From: Armatimonadota bacterium
Lineage (GTDB): Bacteria; Armatimonadota; UBA5829; DSUL01
Direction: 5' to 3'
Assembly (NCBI GenBank): GCA_039811685.1
Contig: JBDHZC010000005.1
Location: 32,001-96,000 of the forward strand
Length of the DNA: 64,000 bases
Positions within the stretch are counted from its first letter, which is position 1, and each line of letters starts with the position of its first letter. Of this stretch, positions 1 through 10,448 are shown one piece after another. The position numbers and the translations under genes were made by a program. The notes under the pieces are model-generated. The model saw nothing but the letters and a program-made list of their open reading frames with translations. It was not told the DNA's origin and made no database searches.

Positions 1-761
1 ATTCCACTGTTGGCGCTCGGTTTGAGGTCTAACAGGCGCTGATACATCTGCGGTTGATAGACCAGCCGAGGGAGCCCGCGCAGTGTGGGCATGGGCGGGT
101 CATCAGGATGCAGCGCCAGCCGGACTCCCGATTCTTCCGCAACCGGCACTACCGCGTCCAGAAAGTCTTTCAGTCGCCCCCAGAGCTCGTCATGCGAGAT
201 AGCGCGGACGTGTCCTTTTCGACCCTGCGGATCGAAAACTTCGCTGTCATAGACCATGTTCCAGATCATCCCACTCGGAACAGGCGTCTGTTGTGGTCCT
301 TCATCTCCGAGAAATCCCACTGAGAGGGCCTCACCGCGCGCATAGGGTCCTTCGACGTGCCCCCACACGCCAGCCAGACTGAAGTTGTAGCCCATAATCC
401 CGATTCCGGCGCGCCCGATGTTTCGTATCAGCGTCTTGACGTTCTCCAACTGCTGCGCTTTGCGCGGTCCATCCAGCAGAACGTCATACCAATGGGCGGG
501 GTCAAAGTTTTCGAGGGCTGCAAGCTCCAGCCCCTCTTCGTTCACAGCTTTGCGAAGATCCCGCAGCTCTTCGAAGCTCCACAGACGCTCTGGATCGCCG
601 GCCTCACCCCAGCCAGCGTCGAAAGACTGCGCTGTGGGAATACGCGGCGTCTTAAAATAGTCGGTCATGTGCGCTACTATGTCCGTGGCGCCCGCCTGCT
701 TTGCAAAGCGGAAGTTGTCTGCCGTCAGCATGTGACGGTACAGCCCGAGTCCAGGTCTCAT
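1..761 (-). CDS. uxuA: Mannonate dehydratase family protein (runs off window start; missing from ORF track)
   Basis: Manual minus-strand translation: starts MRPGLGLYRHMLTADNFRFAKQAGATDIV and contains FLDAVVPVAEESGVRLALHPDDPP, the UxuA signature. Confidence 0.8.
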   Translation of the reverse strand, partial: MRPGLGLYRHMLTADNFRFAKQAGATDIVAHMTDYFKTPRIPTAQSFDAGWGEAGDPERLWSFEELRDLRKAVNEEGLELAALENFDPAHWYDVLLDGPRKAQQLENVKTLIRNIGRAGIGIMGYNFSLAGVWGHVEGPYARGEALSVGFLGDEGPQQTPVPSGMIWNMVYDSEVFDPQGRKGHVRAISHDELWGRLKDFLDAVVPVAEESGVRLALHPDDPPMPTLRGLPRLVYQPQMYQRLLDLKPSANSG

Positions 762-1075
762 CCTGCTATCGTCTCCAAAAGGGCGGGGTAGTGTCCGATA
801 CGGCGAAAACGCTTCGTCCGCACAGCCAGAGCTCAGAGCCCGGCGGCCGGTCCTCAGGCTCCTGCGCCGTTGATTCCCTCTATAAGAGTACCAGATTCCG
901 CGCGTTTTGAACAGGGTACACGTTTAACCAGTGCGCGCACTGCTCTGCAATCGCTCGACACGCGCTTTTTGCCTCTCAGGGTGTACGCTCTGAGATACAG
1001 CGCTTCAGCTTACAGGATCGCAACACGAGCGCAGGGAGTGCGCCATCAGGCGGTGAAAGGTATCCTGACAGCCCA

Positions 1076-2839
1076 GTGAAACAGCGCATCGACAGCAGGA
1101 CGACTTCAAAAAAAGCTGCACTTCAGAGTATCCGGCGTTTGCTCCCGTATATTTTGTCCTACCGCGGGGCGATCGCAGTGGGTTTTTGTGTTCTGTTGGT
1201 GCAGATCGTGGTGGAGCTTTTTCCCCCGATCGTGTGGAAGTACGTCGTTGACGTGTTTCTGCGCACCGGCAGGGTTTCCCAGCTCATCGGCGCGCTGGTC
1301 GTGCTCGCAGTGGCTTATGCGCTGGGGGCGGGGCTCAACGGCGTTCGTCTCTACTTCCTCACAAAAGCCGCGCAGGGCTTCATCTACGACCTGCGGCGGG
1401 CCATCTACACCCAGCTTCAGGCACAGCCGCTCAGTTATTTTCAGAACAGGCGCACGGGGGATCTGCTCTCTCGCGTCGTCAGTGACGTTGACGCAGTTCA
1501 GGAGGTGCTGATCACCGGCGCGGACCTGGTGCTGGCAAGCGGCCTGCGCGTGGTCGGCGTTGCCGTGGTGTTCATCTGGCTGCAGCCCGTGCTGGGGCTG
1601 TTTACTGTTATGCCGATGGTAGCAGTCGCCGCTACCATGGGCTACTATAACAGGATCGTCAAGCCCATCTACAGGCGCACACGCGATGAGCTTGGCGAAG
1701 TGACCGCCAAGCTCCAGGACAATCTCATGGGTATCTCGGTCATCAAGTCCTTTGCCCGGGAAGACTATGAGGAAGAGCAGTTCGCGGATGCTGCGCGCGC
1801 CTACTATGACGCCAACATCGCGGGTATTGGCGTGCGTTCGCGCTACTATCCGGTTGTGCGCTTTGTCGCCAACACCGGGCAAATCGTTATGCTCGGACTT
1901 GGAGCGTGGATGATCCACATGGGTCGCTTCAGCATAGGCGGGCTGGTCGCTTACCGGGGTTACGGGCGCTACTTCTACGGCCCGATAGACGATTTGATGA
2001 GCGTCAACGACATGGTGCAGCGCGCCTCCGCTGCCAGCGAGCGCATTTTTGAAGTGCTGGATCAGGCGCCGGCGGTTCAGGATCGCACGGATGCCATAGA
2101 GATGCCACCTATCCGGGGCGATGTTGAGTTCCGGGACGTGACATTCTCCTATGGCTCGCGAACCACCGTGCTAAGCTCTATCAATCTGAAGGTGCAGGCG
2201 GGGCAGACAGTTGGCTTTTTCGGCCCGAGCGGCATCGGAAAAACGACTATGCTCAATCTGATCCCGCGCTTCTACGATCCTGCCAGGGGTGCGGTGTTCA
2301 TTGACGGCATTGACGTGCGCGCTGTCACGCAGGTCTCCCTGCGCAAGCAGATCGGGATTGTTCAGCAGGAGACGTTCCTGTTCAACGGGACAATTATAGA
2401 AAATATCCGCTACGGACGCCTGGACGCGACGGACGAGCAGGTGCGCCACGCGGCTCAGTTAGCCCATGCGGATGCGTTTATCTCGGCGCTTCCAGATGGC
2501 TATTTTACGGAGATCGGTGAGCGGGGCGCCAGGCTAAGTGGTGGCCAGAAGCAGCGGCTGTCCATCGCGCGCTGTTTTCTTGCGGATCCGGCCATCATGC
2601 TGATGGACGAGCCAACCTCCGCTGTTGAACCGGACTCGGAGCGGGCGATAATAGAAGCTTTGCAGTCTCTGGCGCAGGGCCGCACAACCTTCATCGTCAG
2701 CCACCGCCTGAGTCTTCTGCGGCAGGCTGATCTGATTGTCTCGCTGGTTGAGGGCAGAATCGAGCGCGTGGGGACCCATGAAGAGCTGCTGGCTGAGGGT
2801 GGAGCGTACGCGCGGGCGTGGCAGCTTTCGGAGGCGTGA
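1076..2839 (+). CDS. ABC exporter, fused permease/ATP-binding (MdlB/MsbA-like)
   Basis: N-terminal TM helices, Walker A GPSGIGKT, LSGGQKQR signature, DEPTSA Walker B. Confidence 0.95.
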   Translation: MKQRIDSRTTSKKAALQSIRRLLPYILSYRGAIAVGFCVLLVQIVVELFPPIVWKYVVDVFLRTGRVSQLIGALVVLAVAYALGAGLNGVRLYFLTKAAQGFIYDLRRAIYTQLQAQPLSYFQNRRTGDLLSRVVSDVDAVQEVLITGADLVLASGLRVVGVAVVFIWLQPVLGLFTVMPMVAVAATMGYYNRIVKPIYRRTRDELGEVTAKLQDNLMGISVIKSFAREDYEEEQFADAARAYYDANIAGIGVRSRYYPVVRFVANTGQIVMLGLGAWMIHMGRFSIGGLVAYRGYGRYFYGPIDDLMSVNDMVQRASAASERIFEVLDQAPAVQDRTDAIEMPPIRGDVEFRDVTFSYGSRTTVLSSINLKVQAGQTVGFFGPSGIGKTTMLNLIPRFYDPARGAVFIDGIDVRAVTQVSLRKQIGIVQQETFLFNGTIIENIRYGRLDATDEQVRHAAQLAHADAFISALPDGYFTEIGERGARLSGGQKQRLSIARCFLADPAIMLMDEPTSAVEPDSERAIIEALQSLAQGRTTFIVSHRLSLLRQADLIVSLVEGRIERVGTHEELLAEGGAYARAWQLSEA

Positions 2840-2861
2840 AGCGACAGGAAGGTGTGCGGGA

Positions 2862-3689
2862 ATGAGCTGGTTGAGTCTTCTTTTGGTAGGTATCGCTGCT
2901 GTGTCACTGAGTGCTGGTGGCTCTGTTGAGCGTCCGGAGATCATCGCTCATCGAGGCGCGAGCCACGATGCGCCTGAGAACACGATTGCCGCCATAAAGC
3001 TGGCCTGGAAACAAAACGCGAACGCTGTGGAGATTGACATCTGGCAAAGCGCGGACGGCCGCATACTTATCAGCCATGACCGGAGCACAAAGCGCATAAC
3101 AGGGGTGGATATGGATATCCCTGAGACTTCCTCTGATGAACTGCGCAAACTTGACGCCGGGGCTTTCAAAGGAGAGGCGTTTCGCGGTGAAAAGCTGCCG
3201 TTTCTCGAAGAAGTAATTGATGCGCTACCGCCCCGCAAGAAACTCTATGTTGAGGTCAAGAGCGGGCCTGAGGTGTTGCCCGAGTTGAAAAAGACTATTG
3301 ATTCCTCCCGGAAGCGCAAGCAGATTGTCATCATTGGCTTTGACCTGCAGACAATGACACGCGCAAAGAAACTCCTGCCCCAAACGCCGGTCTTCTGGCT
3401 CAGAGGAGCGGTCAAAGACGCTTCTTCGGGCAAAGTTGTCCCGTTTGGAGAGGAGGTTGTGCGCCAGACCCGGGAAAACGGACTTGACGGGGTGGATTTG
3501 CAGAGTCCAGGTATCAGCGCTGACACAGTGCGGATCGCGCAGGCTTCGGGTCTGAATGTGGTTGCGTGGACAGTGGACGATCCACAGGAAGCGCTGCGCC
3601 TGTCGGAGATTGGCGTCAAAGGCATCACAACCAACCGCCCTGCGCTGCTTCTGAAGGCGCTGGCAGAGGCGACTTCTGCGCGTCCGTGA
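2862..3689 (+). CDS. Glycerophosphodiester phosphodiesterase, signal peptide
   Basis: IIAHRGAS...PENT, EIDI, WTVDD, GITTNRP motifs; start moved to ATG 2862. Confidence 0.9.
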   Translation: MSWLSLLLVGIAAVSLSAGGSVERPEIIAHRGASHDAPENTIAAIKLAWKQNANAVEIDIWQSADGRILISHDRSTKRITGVDMDIPETSSDELRKLDAGAFKGEAFRGEKLPFLEEVIDALPPRKKLYVEVKSGPEVLPELKKTIDSSRKRKQIVIIGFDLQTMTRAKKLLPQTPVFWLRGAVKDASSGKVVPFGEEVVRQTRENGLDGVDLQSPGISADTVRIAQASGLNVVAWTVDDPQEALRLSEIGVKGITTNRPALLLKALAEATSARP

Positions 3690-3750
3690 TTTTGGAGGAG
3701 CCCACCGTTGGACCTGGCAAAGGCCGCGCTGGTAGCGGCTGGCAGCGCGC

Positions 3751-4407
3751 GTGAAAAATAGCGCACTATCTCATTCGGGCGAAGCGCAGGTGCGCCTGGT
3801 CGCTGAGGGTCTCGGACGCAGCTTTGGCGCCCGGCGCGTTTTGCGCGATGTGTCCTTTGAGCTTGGCGCCGGTGAAGTGGTGGCGATCTGCGGGGCGAAC
3901 GGCTCCGGCAAATCTACTTTGATCCGGATGCTGGCCGGGCTGCTGATGCCTTCAGCTGGCCAGACATGGCTGGAGATTGCGGGAAGGTGGCTGGGCGCGC
4001 AGGAACGCCGGAGCGCTTCGGCGCTTGCTGCGCCGGGTATTCAACCGTATCTGCATCTGAGCTTTACAGAGAACCTCCAGTTTTTCACGCAGGGCCGGGG
4101 ACAGAGCTGCAATGCTGAAGAGCTGGCCGAGCTGGTAGGTCTCTCGGGCAGGCAAAGCGACCTGGTCGAGTCGTATTCGAGTGGCATGGTTCAGCGAGTG
4201 CGCCTGGCGCTGGCACTCAGCGCGGAGCCTGTGGCCTTGTTTCTGGATGAACCGACGCAGTTTCTGGACGCCTCCGGGCGTGATATTGTCGCAGAGATTG
4301 TGCGCAGACAGCGGCTTCGCGGGCTGACTGTCATCGCGACGAACGATGAGTTTGACGCTTCACTGGCGGACCGGACGCTTACACTGACAACGGGCAGGCC
4401 CACTTGA
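3751..4407 (+). CDS. ccmA: Heme exporter ATP-binding subunit CcmA
   Basis: GANGSGKST Walker A, YSSGMVQR signature, first gene of the ccm cluster. Confidence 0.85.
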   Translation: MKNSALSHSGEAQVRLVAEGLGRSFGARRVLRDVSFELGAGEVVAICGANGSGKSTLIRMLAGLLMPSAGQTWLEIAGRWLGAQERRSASALAAPGIQPYLHLSFTENLQFFTQGRGQSCNAEELAELVGLSGRQSDLVESYSSGMVQRVRLALALSAEPVALFLDEPTQFLDASGRDIVAEIVRRQRLRGLTVIATNDEFDASLADRTLTLTTGRPT

Positions 4408-5078
4408 GGAGTGTCGTCCGCGGGGCGTGGGCTGTGCTTCTCAAAGATTTCCGCAGCGAGTTTCGCACGCGCTACGCTTTGAGCGCCATTGCGCTGTTCG
4501 CTCTAACCTCGATAGCGGCTCTGAGCTTTGTACTGCGCGGACAGGCGATGCAGCCCGAGGAGTCTGCCGGGCTCTCGTGGATAATCGTCTTTTTCGCTGC
4601 GGTTACGGGGCTGGCGCGTCCGTTTGTGCAGGAAGCGGAAAGTGGCACAGAGCTGCTGTTGCGTCAGGCGGCGACGTCAGAAGCTGTGTGGCTGGGAAAG
4701 TTTCTGTTCAGTCTGGTCTTGATGCTGGGGCTGGAGGCTATCATCTTTCCTGTGTACAGCGCGCTGATGAACGCTCCAGTCGTGCGCGTGTGGTACCTGG
4801 CCCTAGTGGCGGCGCTTGGGGCGGTGTGCCTGTCTGCGGCGACCACCCTGATTGCGGCTCTGGTGTGCAAGGCGCGCGCCCGGGCTACTGTGTTTGCTGT
4901 GGCCGCGCTGCCCGTTATGCTGCCGGCGCTGGTTTTTCTGGTTCAGGCGTCTGGCTCTGCCTTTGGCGCTGGGGATGCGGGCGGTGAGTCAGCTTCGGCG
5001 CTTCGTCTGGTGGTCAGCTACAGCGGCATCCTGATAGTCTTATCCTGGCTGCTCTTTCCGCTGGTGTGGGAAGAATAG
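4404..5078 (+). CDS. ccmB: Heme exporter permease CcmB
   Basis: KDFRSEFR start, F.QEAESGT..LL, GKF motif, about 6 TM helices; overlaps ccmA stop. Confidence 0.85.
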   Translation: MRSVVRGAWAVLLKDFRSEFRTRYALSAIALFALTSIAALSFVLRGQAMQPEESAGLSWIIVFFAAVTGLARPFVQEAESGTELLLRQAATSEAVWLGKFLFSLVLMLGLEAIIFPVYSALMNAPVVRVWYLALVAALGAVCLSAATTLIAALVCKARARATVFAVAALPVMLPALVFLVQASGSAFGAGDAGGESASALRLVVSYSGILIVLSWLLFPLVWEE

Positions 5079-5107
5079 GTGCGCAGGCCTCAGAAAGAAT
5101 AGAAAAT

Positions 5108-5842
5108 ATGAGGATAGTTCTCGGAGTCTGGATGGTGATGGTTATCATCGGGGCGTTTCTGTTGACGCCCGCGATGCAGGGGCTCGGTGAAGCGGGCCGC
5201 ATTCTCTACTTTCACGTCCCCTGCGCGTGGGTCAGCACGGTGGCGTATCTGGTGGCGGCGTACGGGGGGGTGCGCTATCTGGCGACTCGCAACCTGGATT
5301 TCGACCGTCAGTCCGCTGCAGCAGCTCAGATTGGGCTCTTGTTCACTGTGCTTGCGACTGCCAGCGGCGCGGTCTGGGCGCAGATCGCGTGGGGAAAGTG
5401 GTGGAACTGGGACCCGCGCCAGACGTTCATTGCAATGGTGATGCTGTTGTACGGGGCTTACTTCGCGCTGAGGCTGTCAATTGATCAGATTGATCAGAGG
5501 GCTGTTGTTTCTTCCGCCTATGTGACTTTTGCGCTGGTTGCTGCCGTCTTTCTTATGTTCATTGCCATTCGTCTGCCGCACACCAGCACTTTGCACCCTT
5601 CGCCAGTGCTTCCGACACAGGCTGACCAGGACGAGGATTCGCCAAGCCTGAAGGGTGGAATGGAGCCGGACATGCGCATCGTCCTGATGTCGTCTCTGGC
5701 TGGCTTTACCGGCCTGGCGTACTGGATGTGGCGCGTACAGGTGAGGGTGGATCGTCTGGCGGCTGATCTGGCGCCGGCGCAGGAAGCGGCGTCACTGGAG
5801 GGCGCGACCACGGCTCATCCGGCGTCTGGCGCAGATGCGTAA
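5108..5842 (+). CDS. ccmC: Cytochrome c biogenesis protein CcmC
   Basis: YFHVP and the WWD motif WGKWWNWDPRQT; LHP. Confidence 0.92.
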   Translation: MRIVLGVWMVMVIIGAFLLTPAMQGLGEAGRILYFHVPCAWVSTVAYLVAAYGGVRYLATRNLDFDRQSAAAAQIGLLFTVLATASGAVWAQIAWGKWWNWDPRQTFIAMVMLLYGAYFALRLSIDQIDQRAVVSSAYVTFALVAAVFLMFIAIRLPHTSTLHPSPVLPTQADQDEDSPSLKGGMEPDMRIVLMSSLAGFTGLAYWMWRVQVRVDRLAADLAPAQEAASLEGATTAHPASGADA

Positions 5843-5943
5843 ATCCCTGCCGGGGGAGGCTGAGCGACTCACGGCCGCTTGCAGGTTCGGTTCTGAAGTA
5901 TCATAACAGAAGCTGAAGGCGAGCAAGAGAGAGTACAATACGT

Positions 5944-6054
5944 ATGAGCAACGTCACAGGACTGTGTATAGCTACGTTACTGATCTGGGGTGGGATCTTC
6001 GCCTATCTCTGGAGTATTGAGCGCAGACTGTCACGGATAGAGAAGAAGAAATGA
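5944..6054 (+). CDS. ccmD: CcmD-like small membrane protein (36 aa, not in ORF track)
   Basis: MSNVTGLCIATLLIWGGIFAYLWSIERRLSRIEKKK*: one TM plus basic tail; ATGA overlap with ccmE start. Confidence 0.75.
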   Translation: MSNVTGLCIATLLIWGGIFAYLWSIERRLSRIEKKK

Positions 6055-6437
6055 AGCGAGCTTATTTTGTCGGAGTCATTCTGATGGTTGCGTTTGCAGC
6101 GCTGGGCGCCACGCAGTTTCGCAGCACCGTTCGAACCTACGTGAGCTTCCAGGAGGCGCGGTCGCTTGGACGGGCCGTCCAGGTGAAGGGCGCCATCGAC
6201 AAGGCTTCCGTGCATCTGGACAAGGCGCACAGCAATCTGAACTTCGACATCACCGATCCAAAGGGCGATCGCCTGGCGGTGGTCTATCGAGGAACCGTCC
6301 CCGGCAATTTTGACCAGGCCTCGCACGTCGTTGTAATCGGTCAGTATCACGACAAAATCTTTCAGGCTTCTGATCTGCTGATCAAGTGTCCGTCCAAGTA
6401 CCAGGGACAGACTGAAGGCGGGCACGCAGGCTCATGA
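6051..6437 (+). CDS. ccmE: Heme chaperone CcmE (CxxxY type)
   Basis: N-terminal TM, VVYRGTVPGNF, LLIKCPSKY. Confidence 0.9.
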   Translation: MKRAYFVGVILMVAFAALGATQFRSTVRTYVSFQEARSLGRAVQVKGAIDKASVHLDKAHSNLNFDITDPKGDRLAVVYRGTVPGNFDQASHVVVIGQYHDKIFQASDLLIKCPSKYQGQTEGGHAGS

Positions 6438-8743
6438 ATCTCGGCTATTCGCTTATTGTCGTTGCGCTTGTCGGCTCTCTGGCGTCCTTTCTCTGTTACG
6501 TGATAGTGAGCCTGGGGCAGGAGCGGCTGCGCATGTTGGCGCGGCAGTTCTACGTCGCCTCATCCATCTCCGTTATCGCCATCAGCGCTGTTTTGATGCG
6601 CTTTATGGTCACTGACCGCTTTGACATCCGCTATGTCTATGAGTACAGCGCTAAGGCGCAGCCGACGCTGTTCAAGTACTCCGGATTCTGGGGTGGCCAG
6701 GAGGGAAGCTGGCTGCTGTGGCTCACGTGGATTGCCATCGTCGGTCTTTTTCTTTTCGGCCGGGCCAGACATTTTGAAGCTCCAGCAATGGCGTTCTGGA
6801 GCAGCCTGCAGGTTTTCTTTCTCATCATACTGATTCAGCGAAACCCGTTTCAGTCCTCTGTGGCTCCCGGCACACCTTTTCCGACAGATGGCAGCGGCCT
6901 GACCCCTCTACTCCAGAACTACTGGATGGCTATTCACCCCCCGATTCTCTTCTGCGGGTTTACGCTGATGAGCGTGCCTGCCGCCTTCGCCATTGCTGCG
7001 CTGATCAAGAAAGATTTCGCCAGTTGGACCCGCATGGTGATGGGGTGGACTCTGCTTGGCTGGACAGTGCTGGGCACGGGAATACTCATTGGCGGTTTCT
7101 GGGCTTATGAGACGCTTGGGTGGGGCGGCTGGTGGGGTTGGGACCCCGTCGAGAACGCCTCGCTGGTTCCGTGGCTGGTGGGCGGCGCGCTGGTTCACAG
7201 TCTGGTGCTGGAGCGTGTCCGCAACACATGGAAAACGCTGAATCTTTCGCTTGCTGTAGCCATCTTCATTCTGGTCATCTATGCCACCTTCCTGACGCGA
7301 AGCGGCGTGCTCGGTGACTTCAGCGTCCACAGCTTTGCCTCCCTTGGCAACAACAACTGGCTTGTGGGCTTTATGCTGGGTTATGCGCTTCTGGGCATCG
7401 GGTTGATTGGCTACCGCGCCTTTACGGGAAGTATTCGCGAAGCCTCCGCCAGTGAGTCAATCTCCACAAAAGAGTTTCTGGTTTTTCTGGGTGTGGTGTG
7501 CTTTGGACTGCTGGGTATTCTCGTGGCGGTGGGTATGTCCAGCCCCATTCTCTCGAAATGGGTGACGGGGCAGGCTGGCAATGTTCCAACAGACTACTAC
7601 TACCGGGTAACCGCTCCGGTTGCGTTGTTGATGCTGGGGCTTGTCGGTTTCTCTCCACTCTACAGTTGGGCGCGTGACAGGGGCGTTCCATCAGAGGCTC
7701 GAAAGCTGGCTGTCTCTTTGAGCGCAGGTCTGGGGGTGACTATCGCAATCGCTCTGCTCGCGTGGCGCTGGCGCGGGATAGAGGTTGGAGCGCGCACGGC
7801 AATCGGCGGCTTCGCGATCTGCATTCTTCTCCCGGGTGTGTGGGCTCTGATTGACACCGTCCGCCGCAAGGGGTTGCTGAGATCGGGTGGCTACATTGCG
7901 CATGTCGGGCTGTCAGTTTTCTTTCTTGGCATGATAGCAGCCACCCACAACAACCGCGCTGAGCCGCAGAGGTTGACTCTTACTGAGGGCAAGCCTGTGC
8001 AGATGCTTGGTATGTCGTGGACTTTTGCCGGGCTTGGGGAAACAGACGCCGCCGGTAAAGAGCCGTTTCGCATTCTTGTGGAGAAGCCAAATGGCGATAT
8101 GTTTCTGGCGACTCCCGTAATGCAGGCGATACGCGATGGGGAGATGCGTCATCCCTACATCCGCAGGTCTGTGGCCGGAGATCTGTACATTGCGCCGGTG
8201 CAGGTTTCCGTCACCAATCCTGCGCCCCACGCTATTGTGGGGATGAAAAAACCTGAGAAGGTTGGTGACTACTCGGTCAAGTTCCTCGGTTTCACTGGCA
8301 TGGAGATGCGGGAGGACGGAGTCACCGCTGGCGCCCGCCTGCAGATCACAGATCCGCGTGGCAAGACAAGTGTGGTTGTCCCGGTTGTGCATCAGACTGA
8401 GGGCGGAATGAAGTACGATGCCGCTCCGATCCCGGGAAGCAAGCTAAGCATGCTGGTGACGGACCTCAGCGTGGAGACGCAGGAAGTGCGGGCTATGCTT
8501 GATGGGCCGGCCTACCGCAAGAATATGGCTCTGAATGCGACGATAGAAGTAACCTACAAGCCCATCGTCTGGAGTCTGTGGCTTGGGGTTATGATCATCG
8601 CTTTTGGCGGCGGACTCAGCGCCGCGCGCCGCATCCGCGAGGCTCGACAAGCTGCCGAACCGCTGCCGCAGCGCACACCTGTCTCGCAGCGCGTGTCAAC
8701 GCCGTCTGCGAAAGCTGGCGAGCCTCTGCCTGAAAGGGGCTAA
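6434..8743 (+). CDS. ccmF: Cytochrome c-type heme lyase CcmF
   Basis: WGGQEGS, HPP, WAYETLGWGGWWGWDPVENAS, TRSG..SVHSF. Confidence 0.95.
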   Translation: MNLGYSLIVVALVGSLASFLCYVIVSLGQERLRMLARQFYVASSISVIAISAVLMRFMVTDRFDIRYVYEYSAKAQPTLFKYSGFWGGQEGSWLLWLTWIAIVGLFLFGRARHFEAPAMAFWSSLQVFFLIILIQRNPFQSSVAPGTPFPTDGSGLTPLLQNYWMAIHPPILFCGFTLMSVPAAFAIAALIKKDFASWTRMVMGWTLLGWTVLGTGILIGGFWAYETLGWGGWWGWDPVENASLVPWLVGGALVHSLVLERVRNTWKTLNLSLAVAIFILVIYATFLTRSGVLGDFSVHSFASLGNNNWLVGFMLGYALLGIGLIGYRAFTGSIREASASESISTKEFLVFLGVVCFGLLGILVAVGMSSPILSKWVTGQAGNVPTDYYYRVTAPVALLMLGLVGFSPLYSWARDRGVPSEARKLAVSLSAGLGVTIAIALLAWRWRGIEVGARTAIGGFAICILLPGVWALIDTVRRKGLLRSGGYIAHVGLSVFFLGMIAATHNNRAEPQRLTLTEGKPVQMLGMSWTFAGLGETDAAGKEPFRILVEKPNGDMFLATPVMQAIRDGEMRHPYIRRSVAGDLYIAPVQVSVTNPAPHAIVGMKKPEKVGDYSVKFLGFTGMEMREDGVTAGARLQITDPRGKTSVVVPVVHQTEGGMKYDAAPIPGSKLSMLVTDLSVETQEVRAMLDGPAYRKNMALNATIEVTYKPIVWSLWLGVMIIAFGGGLSAARRIREARQAAEPLPQRTPVSQRVSTPSAKAGEPLPERG

Positions 8744-8808
8744 GCCGGGCAGGCGCAATCTGGTCACAGCGGTGGCGCCTGATGCGAAACCCAAGAAGTG
8801 AGCCGCGT

Positions 8809-10443
8809 ATGACCACTATGAAAACAATTGACTGCGAGTTTCTTGTCATCGGTTCAGGAATCGCCGGGCTGACTTTTGCTCTGAAAGTGGCCGACCACGG
8901 ACGCGTGGTGCTGGTGACAAAGAAAAACGACACGGAGTCTAACACCAACTACGCTCAGGGCGGGATTGCGGCTGTACTGGGCACAGATGACACCTTCGCT
9001 TACCACGTCAACGATACCCTCAAGGCTGGAGCGGGGCTGTGCCACAAGGACGTCGTAGAGATTCTGGTTGAAGAGGGTCCGTCCCGCGTCCATGAGCTTA
9101 TGGACATGGGCGTGCGCTTCACGGAACAGATGGAGAACGAAGGCAGCGGGCTGTCGCTGGGGCGGGAGGGCGGACACTCGCGCAGGCGCATTGTGCGGGC
9201 AGCCGATCTGACCGGGCGTGAAGTGGAGCGCGCGCTGGTCTATCAGGCGAAGCGCCGTGAAAACATCCGCGTCTTTGAAAACGACATGGCCATGGAGTTG
9301 TTGACCAGTCGCGGTGAGAACGGGCACAAACCCGTCAACATCGGCGCGCACGTCTTCGACACCGAAACCGGAGACACCTACACGGTGCGCTCCAGGATCA
9401 CACTTTTGTCCAGTGGTGGGCTTGGCCGGGCGTATCTTCGCACCACTAACCCTGATATCGCCACAGGGGACGGAGTCGCGCTGGCATACTGGCTTGGGGC
9501 GCGTATCGGGAACATGGAGTTCATTCAGTTCCACCCCACCTCTCTTTACCACGACAAGGCTGATGCGTTTCTCATCTCGGAAGCTGTTCGGGGAGAGGGC
9601 GCCGTTTTACGGCTGAAAAACGGCGAAACCTTTATGGAGAACTACCACGAGATGGGCTGCCTGGCTCCACGGGACGTCGTGGCCCGCGCTATAGACTCGG
9701 AGCTGAAGAACTCCGGCGACGAGTGTGTCTATCTGGATGTCACGGGTGTGGGTGAAGAACAGATCAAACGCCTGTTTCCCAACATTTACGAGCGCTGCCT
9801 CTCCTACGGCATTGACATTACGAAGGACTGGATACCCACTGTGCCGGCGGCCCATTACGCGTGCGGCGGCGTGGTGACAGACAGCTGGGGGCGCACGGAT
9901 ATTGAGAATCTGTATGCTGCGGGTGAGGTGGCGTGCACTTTTGTCCACGGAGCCAACCGTCTCGCAAGCAATTCCTTGTTGGAGGCGCTCGTTTTCAGCT
10001 ATCGCGCCGCTGACGATGCGATTGAGGCCATCAAGTCCGTCGAGATGCCCCCAGACGTGCCGGAGTTCCCTGCGCACGTCCACACAAAACCTGTGCCCGT
10101 TGAGCTGGTCAAGGAGTTGACGCTTCGGCTGCGCACAATACTCTGGCTGTATGCCGGGATTGTCCGCTCGACGGAGCGGTTGACAACTGCGCTGGGTGAG
10201 ATCAACGAGATATCTGATGAGATGGAGGCACTGTGGAGTGAGGGAAAGCTGTCCCGTGGGCTTCTGGAGCTGCGGACGCTGACCACGGTGGCGAAGCTGA
10301 TTGTGGAGTCCGCTCTGTCACGCCACGAAAGCCGGGGGCTGCACTACACGCTGGACTATCTGGAGCGCGACGACCAGAACTGGCTGCACGACACAATTAT
10401 CCACCACGCGCCAAGAGTGCCGGAACCCGTTTCCACAAACTGA
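8809..10443 (+). CDS. nadB: L-aspartate oxidase
   Basis: GSGIAGL FAD motif, YAQGGIA, EGGHSRRRI, QFHPT, HGANRLASNSLLE, ESRGLHY. Confidence 0.95.
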   Translation: MTTMKTIDCEFLVIGSGIAGLTFALKVADHGRVVLVTKKNDTESNTNYAQGGIAAVLGTDDTFAYHVNDTLKAGAGLCHKDVVEILVEEGPSRVHELMDMGVRFTEQMENEGSGLSLGREGGHSRRRIVRAADLTGREVERALVYQAKRRENIRVFENDMAMELLTSRGENGHKPVNIGAHVFDTETGDTYTVRSRITLLSSGGLGRAYLRTTNPDIATGDGVALAYWLGARIGNMEFIQFHPTSLYHDKADAFLISEAVRGEGAVLRLKNGETFMENYHEMGCLAPRDVVARAIDSELKNSGDECVYLDVTGVGEEQIKRLFPNIYERCLSYGIDITKDWIPTVPAAHYACGGVVTDSWGRTDIENLYAAGEVACTFVHGANRLASNSLLEALVFSYRAADDAIEAIKSVEMPPDVPEFPAHVHTKPVPVELVKELTLRLRTILWLYAGIVRSTERLTTALGEINEISDEMEALWSEGKLSRGLLELRTLTTVAKLIVESALSRHESRGLHYTLDYLERDDQNWLHDTIIHHAPRVPEPVSTN

Positions 10444-10448
10444 TGCGC

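Noticed and set aside
54..791. Plus-strand ORFs at window start
   Set aside because: Shadows of the minus-strand mannonate dehydratase gene
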